A stretch of DNA of 64,000 bases from Felis catus (GCF_018350175.1 NC_058383.1:4962001-5026000), one strand, 5' to 3'. Shown: positions 14,431 to 28,038, counted from the stretch's first letter. The notes: generated by a model not told the origin, from the letters alone. Translations and numbers: made by a program.

Positions 14431-15356
14431 TTAAACTTACAGGAAAAAAATCAAGAAGTATACACCAAGTACTTAGCATTAAACAGTTTCTGTAACCTTC
14501 TACTGAAGCCTACACATTTTCTATCCTGAAATTTAAAGTAAACAAACTCGAATTTCTCAAAAAGGAGCCTTCCTGCTCTGCTTAGGAATTAGCATTCACA
14601 GAACCAGCTGTTAATTAAGCACAGGTTGAAGAGGAACGGTAGTTTAAAACAGAAAGTCTCTTCTGCGACTATGTGTAGGAGTCTCTCATCTGAGCATCTT
14701 CAATTCTATCCTCAAATCACTTTGATGCGTCCTAATATGCAAACACAGCCTTCCTCTGCAACTTCCACTTGGCTGCTAAGTAATACATTTTGCAGCCTCA
14801 GAGTGGTAGCTCAAACCCACCACCTTTTAAAGCCTTCCCTCTGGCACCAGTAATGACTGTTCTCTTAACAGAGTGCTTAGTCACTAACCACCGCACACAG
14901 AACTGTGAGCCACAAAGAGCCATACAGAACTCACTTTAACTCATCTGTATTCATTTGCCACTCCGCAACCCCCATCCTCACACATCACCATAAGCCTTTA
15001 GAGCGGCTAACACAATATATTCCAGACATATTAACTAACGGCTCAGGGACGCTGGCATAAACTTCGCAAAGCTGCAAAGAGGAGAAAGTAAAAAAGAATC
15101 GTGTAGAAATTGTCCAGAGACAGAAGGCCCTCCCGCACCACTAGTGGGGGATACAGTGTACCACGGGGCAGAGGTCAGACTGGTGGCTTGGAGTCTTCCA
15201 ACCACTTGAAATTTTCCTAAGAATATATCACCTACAAATTAAGATCACTGTGCCCTTAGCCAAAAAATGAGTTCCAAATTTGACATTTCTCAGGGTGACT
15301 TCAGGGGCTTCTGAGAGCCTGTGTCCCCGGCCTAAGTTTTCACTAAATGTTCTCCT

Positions 15357-15394
15357 TACTATACTTGATCTTAGCCAGAAGGCTGAGAAGCGAT
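15357..15394 (-). pseudogene. 3'-truncated U2 snRNA retropseudogene (U2 nt 1-38)
   Basis: Minus strand ATCGCTTCTCAGCCTTCTGGCTAAGATCAAGTATAGTA is 35/38 identical to the U2 5' end. Flanked by TAAATGTTCTCCT (15344-15356) and TAAATGCTCTCCT (15396-15408). Confidence 0.92.
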
Positions 15395-16038
15395 ATAAAT
15401 GCTCTCCTCACACAATGAAGCTCTGAGCTGTAAGAATTTGTTGTCCAATCGCAACTACTATGAATTAGGATTCACCGTAAAGAAGTTAAGTGCTTTTCTA
15501 TTTTCTTAGCACTCTTAGCTTAAGGCAAAAACCTCTCTGCGAAGACAGATTACAGGCCCATCCGGTTTGCCAATACTTGTTTTACTCATAACATTATTAA
15601 GGGCTTAAAAATTAGAACTCCCCCACCCTGAAGACCTCACAGACTCAAACATTACATTACATCATCAGGAAGTAGCTCCCAACTCCTAAAGGCTTTCTCA
15701 ACAAAAATGACTCATTGACCATACATTTTGTTAAAAGCTTACAATGTCAAACCTATATAAGCAGGAGGCGGAGATCCATAGTCATTAGCCTAGATTTGAG
15801 ACCCAGGACCAACTCTGTATCACTTACTAGGCTGGACTTTTTTGTAAGTTTCAACTCCCTTATGCCTCAGTTTTTTCAACTGTAAAGTGGATGCAAAACT
15901 ACCAACTCCATCACAAAACTACTGAAAGCATGAATTCTATTTCAATCTATACCAACAAAGTGTGTGCTATGCAAGGAAGTATACCAGGTACTGAAGATAT
16001 TCCAAGGAACAAAACTTCATGGAATTTGTGCAGTTATT

Positions 16039-17225
16039 TTTTTTTTAATGTTTGTTCATTTTTTGAGAGAGAGTGAGACGGAGTTGGAGCGGAGGAGGGA
16101 CACAGAGAGAGGGAGACCCAGAAACTGAAGCAGGCTCCCCAGGCTCTGAGCTGACAAGCACAGAGCCTGACACAGGGCTAGAACTCACGGATGCAAGATC
16201 ATGACCTGAGTCGAGGTCAGATGCCCAACAAACTGAGCCACCCAGGTGCCCCATTTGTGCAGTTATTAAAGTAAAAAAATGAAGAGTGCATGGGGCACCT
16301 GGGTGGCTCGGTCTGTTAAGCAGGAGACTATTGATCTTGGCTCAGGTCAAGATCTCATGGTTCGAGGGACCAAGCCCTACATTGACAGCACAGAGCCTGA
16401 TTGGGATTCTCCCTCTCCCTCTCTCTGCCCCACTCATACTCTCTCTCAAAATAAATAAATAAAACTTAAAAAAAAAAAAATAGGGGCGCCTGGGTGGCTC
16501 AGTCGGTTGAGCATCCAACTTCAGCTCAGGTCATGCATGATCTCACAGATTGTGAGTTCAAGCCCCGTGTCAGGCTCTGTGTTGATGGGCTCAGAGCCTG
16601 GAGCCTGCTTCAGATTCTATGTCTCCCTCTTTCTTTGCTCCCCCACCCCCACGCTCTGTCTCTCTCAAAAATAAGTAAACATTTAAAAAAAAAACTCGAA
16701 GAAAAAATGAAGAGTGCAGTCATTAGTGTTACTAAAGATGGTCTGGGGATGCCTGGCTGGCTCAGTCCCTAAAGAATCTAGCTCTTGATCTCAGGGTCCT
16801 GAGTTTGAGCCCCACGTTGGGTGTAGAGCCTACTTTAAAAAAAAAAAAAGGTATCTTTAGGGGCATCTGGGTGGCTCAGTGGGTTAAGCAACAGACTTTT
16901 AATTTCAGCTCAGGTCTTGATCTCGGCGTCGGGAGTTCAAGCCTTGCATTTGGTTCCACACTGGGTGTGAAGCCTACTTTAAAAAAGGAGAGGGGGCAGT
17001 GGCGGGGGCGGGGGGGGGGGGGCTGGGTGTCTCAGTTGGTTCAGCATCCGACTTCAGCTCAGATCATGATCTCACAGCTCGTGAGCTCAAGCCCCACGTA
17101 AGGTTTTGTGCTAACAGCTCAGAGCCTGGAGCTTGCTTTGGATTCTGTGTCGCCCTCTTTCTCTGCCCCTCCCCTGCTCGTACTCTGTCTCTCTCTCTCA
17201 AACATAAACATTAAAAGAAAAATTT
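16039..17225. mobile_element. Cluster of six Can-SINEs (one minus, five plus) in RAC1 intron 1
   Basis: SINEC consensus matches. TSD ATTTGTGCAGTTATT flanks the minus copy; AAAAAATGAAGAGTGCA flanks the next two copies together. Confidence 0.9.
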
Positions 17226-17948
17226 TTTAAGATGCAAAGGGATCTAACCTAGTCTTGGAGCTGATAGAGGTCGCAATGTACGCTGAAACCTCGGAGGAAT
17301 GGGGACATGACAGGAGGAACATTCTAGGCAAAAACAGCAGCATTGATGGGGAGGCCCAGAAGCCCAGCACAACTGAAGAACCAAGAACTAAGGGGGAAGC
17401 AGCAAAGGAAACTGAGGAGGCTGTCATCTCTTCTTGTTAAGGACATGGGACTTGATCCGACTCGGGAAGTCCCAGAAAGTTTTTAGTTGCCAAGAAACCA
17501 TTACATTTGCATTTTTAGAAGCAGCCTCCAACTGCAGTGTGGAAAAGAGGACTGAGGAAGGAAGCTGGGACTGGAGACAGAAAAACAAGAGTGGTTTGAA
17601 CCAACGAGGGAGATTCAGGGTAAAAAGAAGTGGGCCATTTCTAGAGCTTCCTAGGCGTGCGGCAGAACAAGATGGCCCAGCCATGGGCTGGATGTGGTAG
17701 CTGAGGAAGAGAACGGAGTCTAAGGCCATCATTGCTGAGCCTCTTTTCAAAATTACAAATGTGTAAAAATGTAATAGTTACTGCCTCTTAACATCAAGGA
17801 TAAGAGGCTATAAAGGTTTTAACGGTTATGATAAAACGTCATAGTAGTACTTCCTTTAAGAGTACTGTCCCAAATCTCTTCCATATGTATAGGAACAAAG
17901 CCATTACTATAAATATGACCCACTCTGTTTCAAAAGCTCTAAGATCTT

Positions 17949-18243
17949 GGGGCGCCTGGGTGGCTCAGTCGGTTAAGTGTCCAACTTCGGCTCAGGTCAT
18001 GATCTCACAGTCTGTGAGTTCGAGCCCTGCGATGGGCTCTGTGCTGACAGCTCAGAGCCTGGAGCCTGTTTTGGATTCTGTTGTCTCCCTCTCTGACCCT
18101 CCCCTGTTCATGCTCTGTCTCTCTCTGTCTCAAAAATAAACGTTAAAAAAATTTTCTTTAAAAAGAGGTGGACGCCTAACGGATGGTGCCATCGGGCGCC
18201 CCAAAACTCAACCAGTTTTTAATAATAATAAAAAAAAAAAAAC
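17949..18243 (+). mobile_element. SINEC_Fc with extra 3' segment and second A-tail
   Basis: 17-bp TSD CAAAAGCTCTAAGATCT at 17931-17947 and 18244-18260. Confidence 0.85.
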
Positions 18244-21200
18244 CAAAAGCTCTAAGATCTCTTTTCCTGAAACTTCACCTTTAGCCGAGGCATCATCTTT
18301 TGAAAGGTTTAACTGCAAAGGAATTCAAGGTATTGGCATACCCTGATAGGCTGAAATTTTATTACCAACCATTACAGCTATAAACTAATCTGTAAGAAAT
18401 TATTAAATTATAAAATTCCGACTTAATTAAGTACACGTCCAAATGCTGATTTAAATATTTAGTTTTAAAAAAACAGATAAAAAGAAAAAAATAATGGTGA
18501 TTTACCTCCCATTAGTGTTATTTATCCACTCCTTTTAAAAACACTCCACAAATAAACTCTAGAGGCCAAAGTCAACACAGCTCCCACGCGACGAATGGAA
18601 GCTGCATTTGGTCACAACCTTGACTGATGCGGCCAAGAACCTCTGAAAGTTACTATCTGGTTTGGAATTTCCACTTTTATATATGCTACCACGGAGTTCA
18701 ACCTCTTTTTAATCCTTGAAAGCTGCCACAACTGTAGAAAATGAACACGAATCTACTGAAAGAAAGTTCATGTGAGTAACATTTTTTTAAGCCTATCTGT
18801 GCCTCTCCTGCTCTAGTAGAAATTACAAAGATTAAAGCCAGTAACTCATGTTCCTATTATGTTCTTCATTTTCCCATTAGGAGAACTTCAAGGAAACGTT
18901 TAAAATTTGGAGGGGAGGGGTGCCTACCTATTGGGTGGCTCAATACGCTGAGTGTCTCTGAGTTTGACTCAGCTCATGATTTCAAGGTTCATGAGTTCTC
19001 CCACATCAGGCTTGCTGCTGTCAGTGAAGAGCCCCGCTTCGGATCCTATCCCCCTCTCTCCCTGCTCCTCCCCCACTCGCGCTCTCTCAAAAATCAACAA
19101 ACGTTTAAAAAAAAAAAAAAAAAGATACACTGATCTTAGGACTCAAAGACCAGATTTCTCCAATGAGAAAATAAGGGGCCTGTATTGCTGCCTAAAAGTA
19201 CCTAGATCCTGGGGCACCTGGGTGGTTCAGTTAAGCGGCGGAATTCAGCTCAGGTCATGATCTCATGCTCATGAGTGCAAGCCCCGCATCAGGCTCTGCG
19301 CCCACAGCATGGGGCCTGATGGTTGGGATGGTCTCCCCCCCAACCCCTCCCGCAACTCCCACCACTTGCACGCACTTTCTAATAAACTTTAAAAAACAAT
19401 AAAAATTTAAAAAGGTACCTAGTTCTTAACGATATATTAATAGAACATAGTGGAATGTGAAAGTATTAAATATATATTCATATTTATTGCATCAATGAAA
19501 GACCCTGAATGAAAGTCCTCAATTTACCCTGTGAAATGGGGTTTGGGAACTCTCCAATTGTAGGCCTTCAGTAAATGCATAACCATGCAAAGAATAAATT
19601 CAGGAAATACATGAATAGAGTAGTTTAGCGCACAAAAACACAAAACCTAATGTGAAATTTTGATATTGTCACTAACGGACATCATAACCAACTTAGGAAA
19701 ACCAGCCATTATCACCATTGGAGGCTTCAAAAAATTCAAAAACTGTGTAGCTTCTAGAACCCTCAAGGCTGAAGATGCTACCCCTAAGAGAGTCCAATTC
19801 TGAAGTAGCCTTTAAGCTACAGAGGAAACCCTCCCCCTTCTAGAAACACCAAACCCAATCCTAGAATAGTTATTATCTGGATCTGCGGAAGATACAAAAA
19901 AGTTCAAAAAAGACTTTTTATCTAACTGCATATCAGCCTCATTCTTCTTCAAAATCAAATCCTCTTAAAATATGCCCTGATAATGGGAAGATATGTCAAT
20001 ATCAATATAGCAAAATATTGATTACAAAATCTAAGTGGCAGGTTGCTCACTACACAATTCTTTCAACTTTTCTGTATCTCTGAAGTTTTTCATATTTAAA
20101 TGTGGAAGGAAAAATATTCCTCTGATGACATGCGGTAATTGCCCCGGTAGCAGGATTCCTGATAAAACATCTCCTTTTTAGGAAGACTAAAAATTACAAG
20201 AACTACCTGGTGAGGCAGAGGTGAAAAAGTAGGAGGCACTAATACATTAGATGATTAATGCAAAAGAAAGAACATCATAAAAAGTGGCTTTAAGTTCTCT
20301 AAAAATGGATTCCTGATACTCCTCTAATGAATCCAACCCCAAACTTTTACTGGGATTATCATTTGAAAGTTAAAAAAAAAAAAAGAAAAAGCATACGTAT
20401 AATTTTAACCACCAAGATCAGAGTCAAACAACAAATCTAAACTTAGGGGCACCTGGGTGGCTCAGGTCATGATCTCACAGTTCATGAATTCTAGCCCCAC
20501 ATCAGGCTCTGTACTGACAGCTCAGAGCCTGGAACCTGCTTTGGATTCTGTGTAGCCCTCCCTCTCTGCCCCTCCCCTGCTCACACTCTCTCTCTCAAAA
20601 ATAAATAAATATTAAAAAAAAATTTTTTTTTAAACAAATCTAAACTTAGAAGCCAGTGCAGAATTCAAACACCTTTACAACAGGTCAAACACAAACATAT
20701 GGAACCCCATGCTCAAGGCAAAACACACAGACCATTCACGAAGCACTTAAATTCATGGATCGGACCATCAGTGATTGTTCAGTGGAAACAAGTAGAGAGG
20801 AACTGGTGCATTCCTAAAAAGATGACATCATCACAGAAGGTTATTTTTTATGCTCAACTAAAAACATTCCTGGACAGCAATGCCTAAATTAGACACTGGG
20901 CTGGAGAGACTACTAGCCCAATCTGGAGTGAACTAAGAGGGGCTTCATTCACTCCCAGCCTTCTGGTCAACCAAAGCCAAAACAACACTATTAAAAATGG
21001 TTTAGGGGTGCCTGGGTGGCATCCAAATCTTGATTTTGGCTCAGGTGGTGATCTCTCGGTTCATGAGTTTGAGCCCCATGTCAGGCTCTGGATACTGTAG
21101 AGCCTACTTAGGATCTTCTCTCCCTCTCTCTCTCTGTCCCTCCCCTGCTCACTCATGCCTTCTCTCTCAAAATAAATAAACATTTAAAAAAATGGTTTAG

Positions 21201-23849
21201 GGAGAAACACCTGGGTGACTCAGTCAGTTAAGCCTCCCAACTCTTGATTTCAACTCAGGTCATGATCTCATGGTTCGTGGGTTCAAGCCCCACATCAGCC
21301 TCTGTGCTAACGGTGCAGAGCCTGCTTGGGATTCTCTCTCTCAAAATAAAATTTAAAAACATTAAAAACTTCTTTTTTGAATGGCTTAGCAATATCTGAA
21401 TGTGAGATGCTGTCTTACCTAAGTAAAACTGAGAGAATCTTGGGGGCAGATGTCCATCAAATAAGAATGACAGACCCCGTGTTCAAGAAGGACTAACAGA
21501 ATTAGGACCAAGAGAAGGATTAATAGCATAAAAAGTATCAAAATTTCAACTCACATTTTGTACTCAATGCCAACCGAATTGCTATATAGAAAATAATCCA
21601 TAAGAATATAGGCTAATTGATCCTAGTTATAATATGATTATGACATGGCTTCTAACTGTAGTTCCCAAGAATATTTTTTTAAATAAGGAAGCTTGCAATT
21701 TGTGCAATTTCAATTTGCCTTTACTGCTTAAACTGCCCTTAATTGCCTCAGATTCCCCACCATGGAGTTCTCTGCCCCACAAAATGTAGACCTACATTTA
21801 CAGCTTTAACAACTTTTGAATAAAAGAACATTCCAACCATATCATCAGGCTGATGTTTTGTTTGGGTAAAAGCAGAAAAATATTTTTGGTATGGAAAATT
21901 ATGTGTCTAAATTTTTCACTGAAGTAACGTTTGCTATATGCCGTCCCTTAAAGTAACAGAGGGAGCACATGGCTGGCTCAGTTGGCAGAGCATGCGACTC
22001 TCGATCATGGGGTCGTGAGTTCGAGCTCCACACTGGGTGTAGAGATTACTTGAATAAACGAATGAATCTTTAAAAATAAATAAATACCTTACATTGTTTT
22101 AATCCACTTTTAACAGGATTCTTAGCCCCCCAGTCTACATCAATGTCAAATACGAAAAAAACTAACTGAAAACTTTAAGCCAAGCCAAGAACTGTCTTAT
22201 GCCTACGACTCCCCTCACAGAGTCCCTCAGTGCCTCGGAGTAAGAGAAACAGCACGTACTCCACACAGGGCAGACACCTGGGAGGCACTTCGTATCCAGC
22301 ATCTGGTTTAATCCTCACAAATTCAACTTGAGGCACCTGTCTTGTGGAGGATGACTGATATGCCCAGGGTTTCCCCCTAAGCAGAGGGGTAGAGACTTGA
22401 AGGAAGGATCCAGATCCCACAGTAGGCGTTCAACAAGTATGCGACTAGATAAACAAGCCAATACAAACAGCAGAGGTCCATAATCTGTAGGCGTTAAATA
22501 TATCTGCTGTGCTTATGTTTTAGTTCCAGAAATTTTCAATTAAGGATATTACATAGGATATTACTAGGGTTATTGAATTATCAGCAATTTGGCGTTTTTA
22601 AAAACTAGTATTATTTCATATTCTAAGCATTACTGATTGAACATTTTTAATTTTTAATATTTTCTGGTATTTTTTTTAACGTTTATTCATTTTTGAGAGA
22701 CAGAACATGAGCGGGGGGAGGGGCAGAGAGAGAGACAGAATCTGAAGCAAGATCCAGGCTCCGAGCTGTCAGCACAGAGCCTGACGAGGGGCTTGAACTC
22801 CTGAACCACGAGATCATGACCTGAGCTGAAGTTGGACGCTCAACCAACTGAGCCACCCAGACGTCCCAACATTTTTTAATTTTTAAGAGAAATTCACTTA
22901 AAGCGTTAAGACAACTTGATAAACGTTTAAATTTAAACTTCACTTAAACAGTTTACTGACTTCCCTATTAAGTAACTGAACATTCCCCCCCACCCTGATG
23001 AAAATAAAACTTTCTTCTGAAGGGTTTAAAAAAAAAAAAAAAAAGGGTTCCATACATATTCCCAAATAGGTGGGAGGTGTAATTGTTGGCTATATACATA
23101 GAACCATGAAGTGTTAATGTTTCACATGTTGACTCTGACAAATCCCAGATGGGCATCTTTTAAAAATCAGTTCAACTGTACCCACATCTGAATTAGCTGT
23201 GGAAACAATTTCGAATGTCTAATTTGCAACAATCTAAACAAAGCCAATTCACAACTGGAGAGGCATAAAAGCCACATCAGTCCTAATGACAAGTTTGGGG
23301 AATATTAATCAAAAGATAGAGCAATGCCAGAACGCTTCCTTCGACTTTACAAAACTTGAAAAATGCACCCACCGCCTTCTGAATTTCATGAAACTGGTAG
23401 TAATTCTTGGAGCTTCCTTGTTAACACTCAACTACTCTAGCCCTGCTGAGACACACAATTTTGCTCGGATTACACTGAGATTCTTGTTTCTATGGGAGGA
23501 GGAAAAAAAACTGCATAAGCCAAGTCTTGTCTTCCTCTAGGGCCTGTAACCACCACAGACAGTAATGAAAAGAAATGCCTTGAGTCACAGGGCAGCTCCG
23601 CTCAGGGAGCCTGTTCTGCTACATCCCATACCTAATGCAAGAAGCGAAAGCCAATTTTTTTTTTTTTTTATGACCACACCACGTTCAGAGAAAAGAACAG
23701 TCTTAATCACACCCGACTCCTCGCAGCTAGAATCTCAGAAGTTTCTCCACGTTAAGAGCAAAAATAATCACCTAAAAAAAAAAAAAATCTTAACAAGTGG
23801 CCAAGTGCAAGTGGAAGATAGCCCGTGGTAAATCAGTTTAGGGCCACCA

Positions 23850-24780
23850 AACCCGCCCAGGCAAACATTCGTCCGGTATTATCGACCTGACCGCCGGGAC
23901 ACACGGAAGCTCTCAACCGGGCTCGAGAGGTTGATGTAAAAGCCCAGAAAGGGTCGTTTTCTGAGAAAGGCAACTCCAAGCCCACCGGTGTCCAGGCGGA
24001 CGAGGGAGGGTGGCGGCGCGGCTGGGGGGTCCCACCCGGCGATCAGCGGGCCCGACAGAAGGCGGGAGGGTGGAGTTCACTTTTCCCTCCGGCCGCGGGT
24101 CGGCGACCCCCTCCCCCACCAAAAAAAAAAAAAAAAAGTGGGGGGGTAGCCGGAACCAGGCCCGTGCCGCCCGCTCCCGGGGGTAGTGAGTGGCGGCGGC
24201 CCGCGCCCCACGCCACGCGCGGCAGAGAGGCCGGCTCCGACCCCGGGCGAGCCCGCCCGGCCCCGGCCCGCGCACTCACCCGTCTCCCACCACCACACAC
24301 TTGATGGCCTGCATCTGGGCCGCTCGCTGGGCCGCGGCGGCGGCCGGGCGCTGAGGCGAGAAGCGGCGCACTCGGGGCGCGGCGGGCGGGCGGGCGCGCG
24401 GCTGCGGGCGGCGGGGCGCGGAGTGCCGGGGCCGCTGTCCACGCCGCCTCGCCCTCCGCCAACGGGAAGCCGGAGCCCAGCAGCGGCCACCACCCAAAGC
24501 TGGGGAAAACTGCGGAGAAACAGGAAATGGCCGCTCCACTCACATCCGGTCTCCCCTCCCCCCCCGCGCGGGCGCGCCGCTCCCAGGCTCCGGGGCGGGG
24601 TCGCTCCTGCCCGCGCGCCTCCCGAGCTTCCTGCCGGCTTCGGGGATGCTCGGGAGACGCTCGGGAGCGCTCGGCTCAATTCGAGGGCGCTCGGCTCGGG
24701 GGCGGGGCGCGGGGCCGGCCGGCCGCCATCTTCGTGCCGCCTGATGATTGGCCTAAGTCTAGCCTTCTTCTGTGATATCC
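23850..24780 (-). promoter_or_regulatory. RAC1: RAC1 CpG-island promoter and 5'UTR (TATA-less)
   Basis: Very GC/CpG-rich. YY1-type GCCGCCATCTT 24722-24732, CCAAT box (ATTGG on +) 24747-24751, GC boxes 24592-24600 and 24699-24708, ETS-type ACCGGATGT (minus) 24542-24550. Confidence 0.9.
24280..24314 (-). CDS. RAC1: RAC1 exon 1 coding part, 35 nt
   Basis: ATG at 24314, MQAIKCVVVGD(G), GTGAGT donor. Exon lengths 35+72+118+63+160+131 = 579 nt give an intact 192-aa ORF. Confidence 0.99.
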
Positions 24781-26949
24781 TTAACTTAGGAGAGGAGGAG
24801 GTTCCTCCTGAAATTTCGGAACCTGAAACTCTAAAGAAGGAAATACCACACTACCATTTTTCAAAGAAAACTCCTGTTCATTAGGTCAAAAATATGTTGA
24901 AATTTGTTCGCTCACGTATGCATTTTGTTTCCAGCATTGCTGAGCGTTTACTATGTCCTATGCTTTGTACGAGTTCTGGAGATAATGTTCTGTAGGCAGA
25001 CCATTAAGGTGCCAATATTTGGGATATTTGCTTTCAGTTCTCCCTTCCTTCCTTCCTTTTGCAGGCTCCATGTCCACCGTGGGGCTTGAACTCATGACCC
25101 TGAGATCAACAGTCGCCTGCTCTACCAACTGAGCCAGCCAGGAGTCCCTCTTGGTTACTTATGTATGCAACAGCATGTTGTATGTATGTATGTATGTATG
25201 CATGCATGTATGTAATCTACACCTAAGGTGGAGCTCGAACTCAAAATTCCATGATCAAGAGTTGTACGCTCCTCCAGCTGAGAGAGCCGGGCGCACCTGT
25301 AATGACATGTTTTATTTATTTTTTTAACATTTATTTTTGAGACAGAGAGAGACAGAGCATGAATGGGGGAGGGTCAGAGAGAGGGAGACACAGAATCTGA
25401 AACAGGCTCCAGGCTCTGAGCTGTCAGCACAGAGCCCGACGCGGGGCTTGAACTCACAGAGTGCGAGATCATGACCTGAGCCGAAGTCGGCCGCTTAACC
25501 GACCAGCCACCCAGGCGCCCCTGTAACAACATGTTTTAAACAGAATGTAGAAACACTGAACCGTTGGGACATTTTCAATGGCCCGTTGCTATTCAGTGCC
25601 ATTATGCACATGTCCCTTAACCAATACATGTATTACTGGACAGTGGAATTGTCCCTATTTGAGAAACAGTGCTGAGCTGGGCATGTTTGTGCCAGCATCT
25701 TCACAGTTTGATTTCTTTAGACTACACACCCCAAAATGGAGTTTTTAAAACTTCCATACCTGTTGTTGCATTGCCCTCCTGCAAAGTGGTAGCTGGTTCA
25801 CCACCCATCAGCTCTGTTTGAGAACAGACCCTCCAGGGGAGTTGATTTCCAATGACATTTTTACCTGGAGATCTTCTTTTTCTAGAATTCACTCTGTTGA
25901 AGTAACAGTGTTCTGAAATCAGACCTTCTCTACATGGGTTTTTTTCTTTTCTTTTTTTTAAAGCATCTTTGTCTTGCAGTTATTTCAAAACAACATGGTC
26001 CTGGGGCAAAGGACAGCTCCTTTTCGCTGTTCCTAAAGCTCTCCCTTAAAGAGGAGTCAAAATTTTAAGGGTACTAGAGCAACAGTGTCCCCTTTGCTGG
26101 TAAAAATATCCAGGGAATCTTTAAAAAAAAATTTTTTTTTTTAATGTTTGTTTTTGACAGAGAGACAGAGCGTGAGCCGGGGAGGGTTAGGGAGAGAGGG
26201 AGACACAGAATCTGAAGCAGCCTCCAGGCTCTGAACTGTCAGCACACAGCCTGACACAGGGCTGGAGCTCACAGACTGCAAGATCGTGACCTGAGCTGAA
26301 GTTGGCCGCTCAGCCGACTGAACCACCCAGGTGCCCCAAAAATATCCAGGGAATCTGTGACCAACATAAACTACGCAGTCTAAATACAGGAGCAAATAAA
26401 AGGGTGGGGCCTCAGGTCAATAATTTACTTCAATCGAACAAATAGTGGAGGGCTGCACTTGCCTAATGGACTGATAGTAAATGAAACAGATAGAGACATA
26501 GTTGCCAGGATACCGGGCCCACTCTTCTCCCTGTTAAGTGGGGTATAAACATAGCGCTGACATCAGGGACCAAAAACTGTATTCACACTAATAAAAAGGG
26601 CTTTCATCAAAAAGATAAGAGTGGAAAGGAGGCACTGGGTAGGATTTCTGGTGGGTCTTGATGGAATAAGAAGAATTTTCCATAGTGAGAACAAAGGCCT
26701 GGGCATTAGAAGCCATCCTCACATGTGACTCCAAGGGAGCCATGCCTTTGAGCTGCTCTGGGTCTGGAATCCATAGAGGTCATCAAAGGCTGCCTTGAGG
26801 ATGGACTTGATTCTGATACATGTGTTTTTGAGCCAACAGGCAACACAGCCCACATTCAGATCATGATTTCTCTAGATTGGTAAAGTGAGAGTCCACTGCC
26901 CAAGAGGTTTGACTGTGTCTATACAATAACAAAATCAGCGTACAACTCA

Positions 26950-27184
26950 CATATGAAAATACGCTGATTCAAAACTGAGTTTATTTAAAAGTTTAAGGGG
27001 CGCCTGGGTGGCTCAGTCGGTTAAGCGTCTGACTTCAGCTCAGATCATGATCTCACAGTTGATGAGTTCAAGCCCTGCGTCAGGCTCTCTTCTGTCTGTT
27101 GGCTCAGAGCTGCTTTGGATCCTCTGTCCCTGTCTCTCTCTGCCCCTCCTCTGCTTATTCTCTCTCTCTCTCTCTCTCTCAATA

Positions 27185-27244
<60 letters not shown>

Positions 27245-27989
27245 AAACTGAATTTAATAAACTTTAAAAAAAATAATAAAACTTAATTTAAAACTTCTCC
27301 ACGTTTGACCTTGAGTAATGTTCTCCATGGCAACAAATGGGCCAAAAAAAATTAAAACTAGTGACACCCGGGTGGCTCAATCAGTTGAACGTCTGACTTT
27401 GGCTCAGGTCATGATCTTCCAATTTGTGAGTCCGAGCCCTACATCAGGCTCTCTGTTGTCAGTGCAGAGCCTGCTTCGGATTCTCTGTCTCCCTCTCTCT
27501 CTGCCCCTGCCCCGTTCCCCCTTTTTTTCTCAAAAATAAATACACATTTTAAAGAGTTTAAAAAAAAAAAGATGCTGGAAGGGGAGGCTGGTAGAGGGAA
27601 CCCCAGCACTGAATGGCAATTACAGGAAAAATTGTCAATTAGAGACACCTAACAGAAGAGTCTCAACAGAAAAGAACCACTCATTACAGGGCCCAATGGG
27701 GAGACACATACATTGCATCTCCTATAAGAAATCAACCACCCCTGCCACTCAGCCAATGGGAAATCGTCATCACTGGCAACTCTTGCTTCTCTCCAGTGGG
27801 CTTTTATTCAAAACAACCTCTCCCTGGAGAACCTGGGTGGCTCAGTTGGTTGAGCATCGACTTTAGCTCAGGTCACGATCTCACGGTTCCTGAGTTCCAG
27901 GCTCACTGTTGTCAGCCCAGAGCCTGCTTTGGATCCTCGATCCTCTGTACCCTTCCTTCTCTTTGCCTCACCCCCAAGTGCAGGTGTGT

Positions 27990-28038
<49 letters not shown>

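Noticed and set aside
16039..17225. tRNA-like A/B box sequences and an array-like repeat appearance
   Set aside because: These are tRNA-derived SINE heads. There is no intact cloverleaf and no CRISPR-type repeat-spacer structure in this eukaryotic DNA.
23913..24884. Long Pro/Arg/Gly/Ala-rich ORFs on both strands (up to 232 aa)
   Set aside because: Stop-poor CpG-island sequence. Only the RAC1 exon 1 codons are supported.
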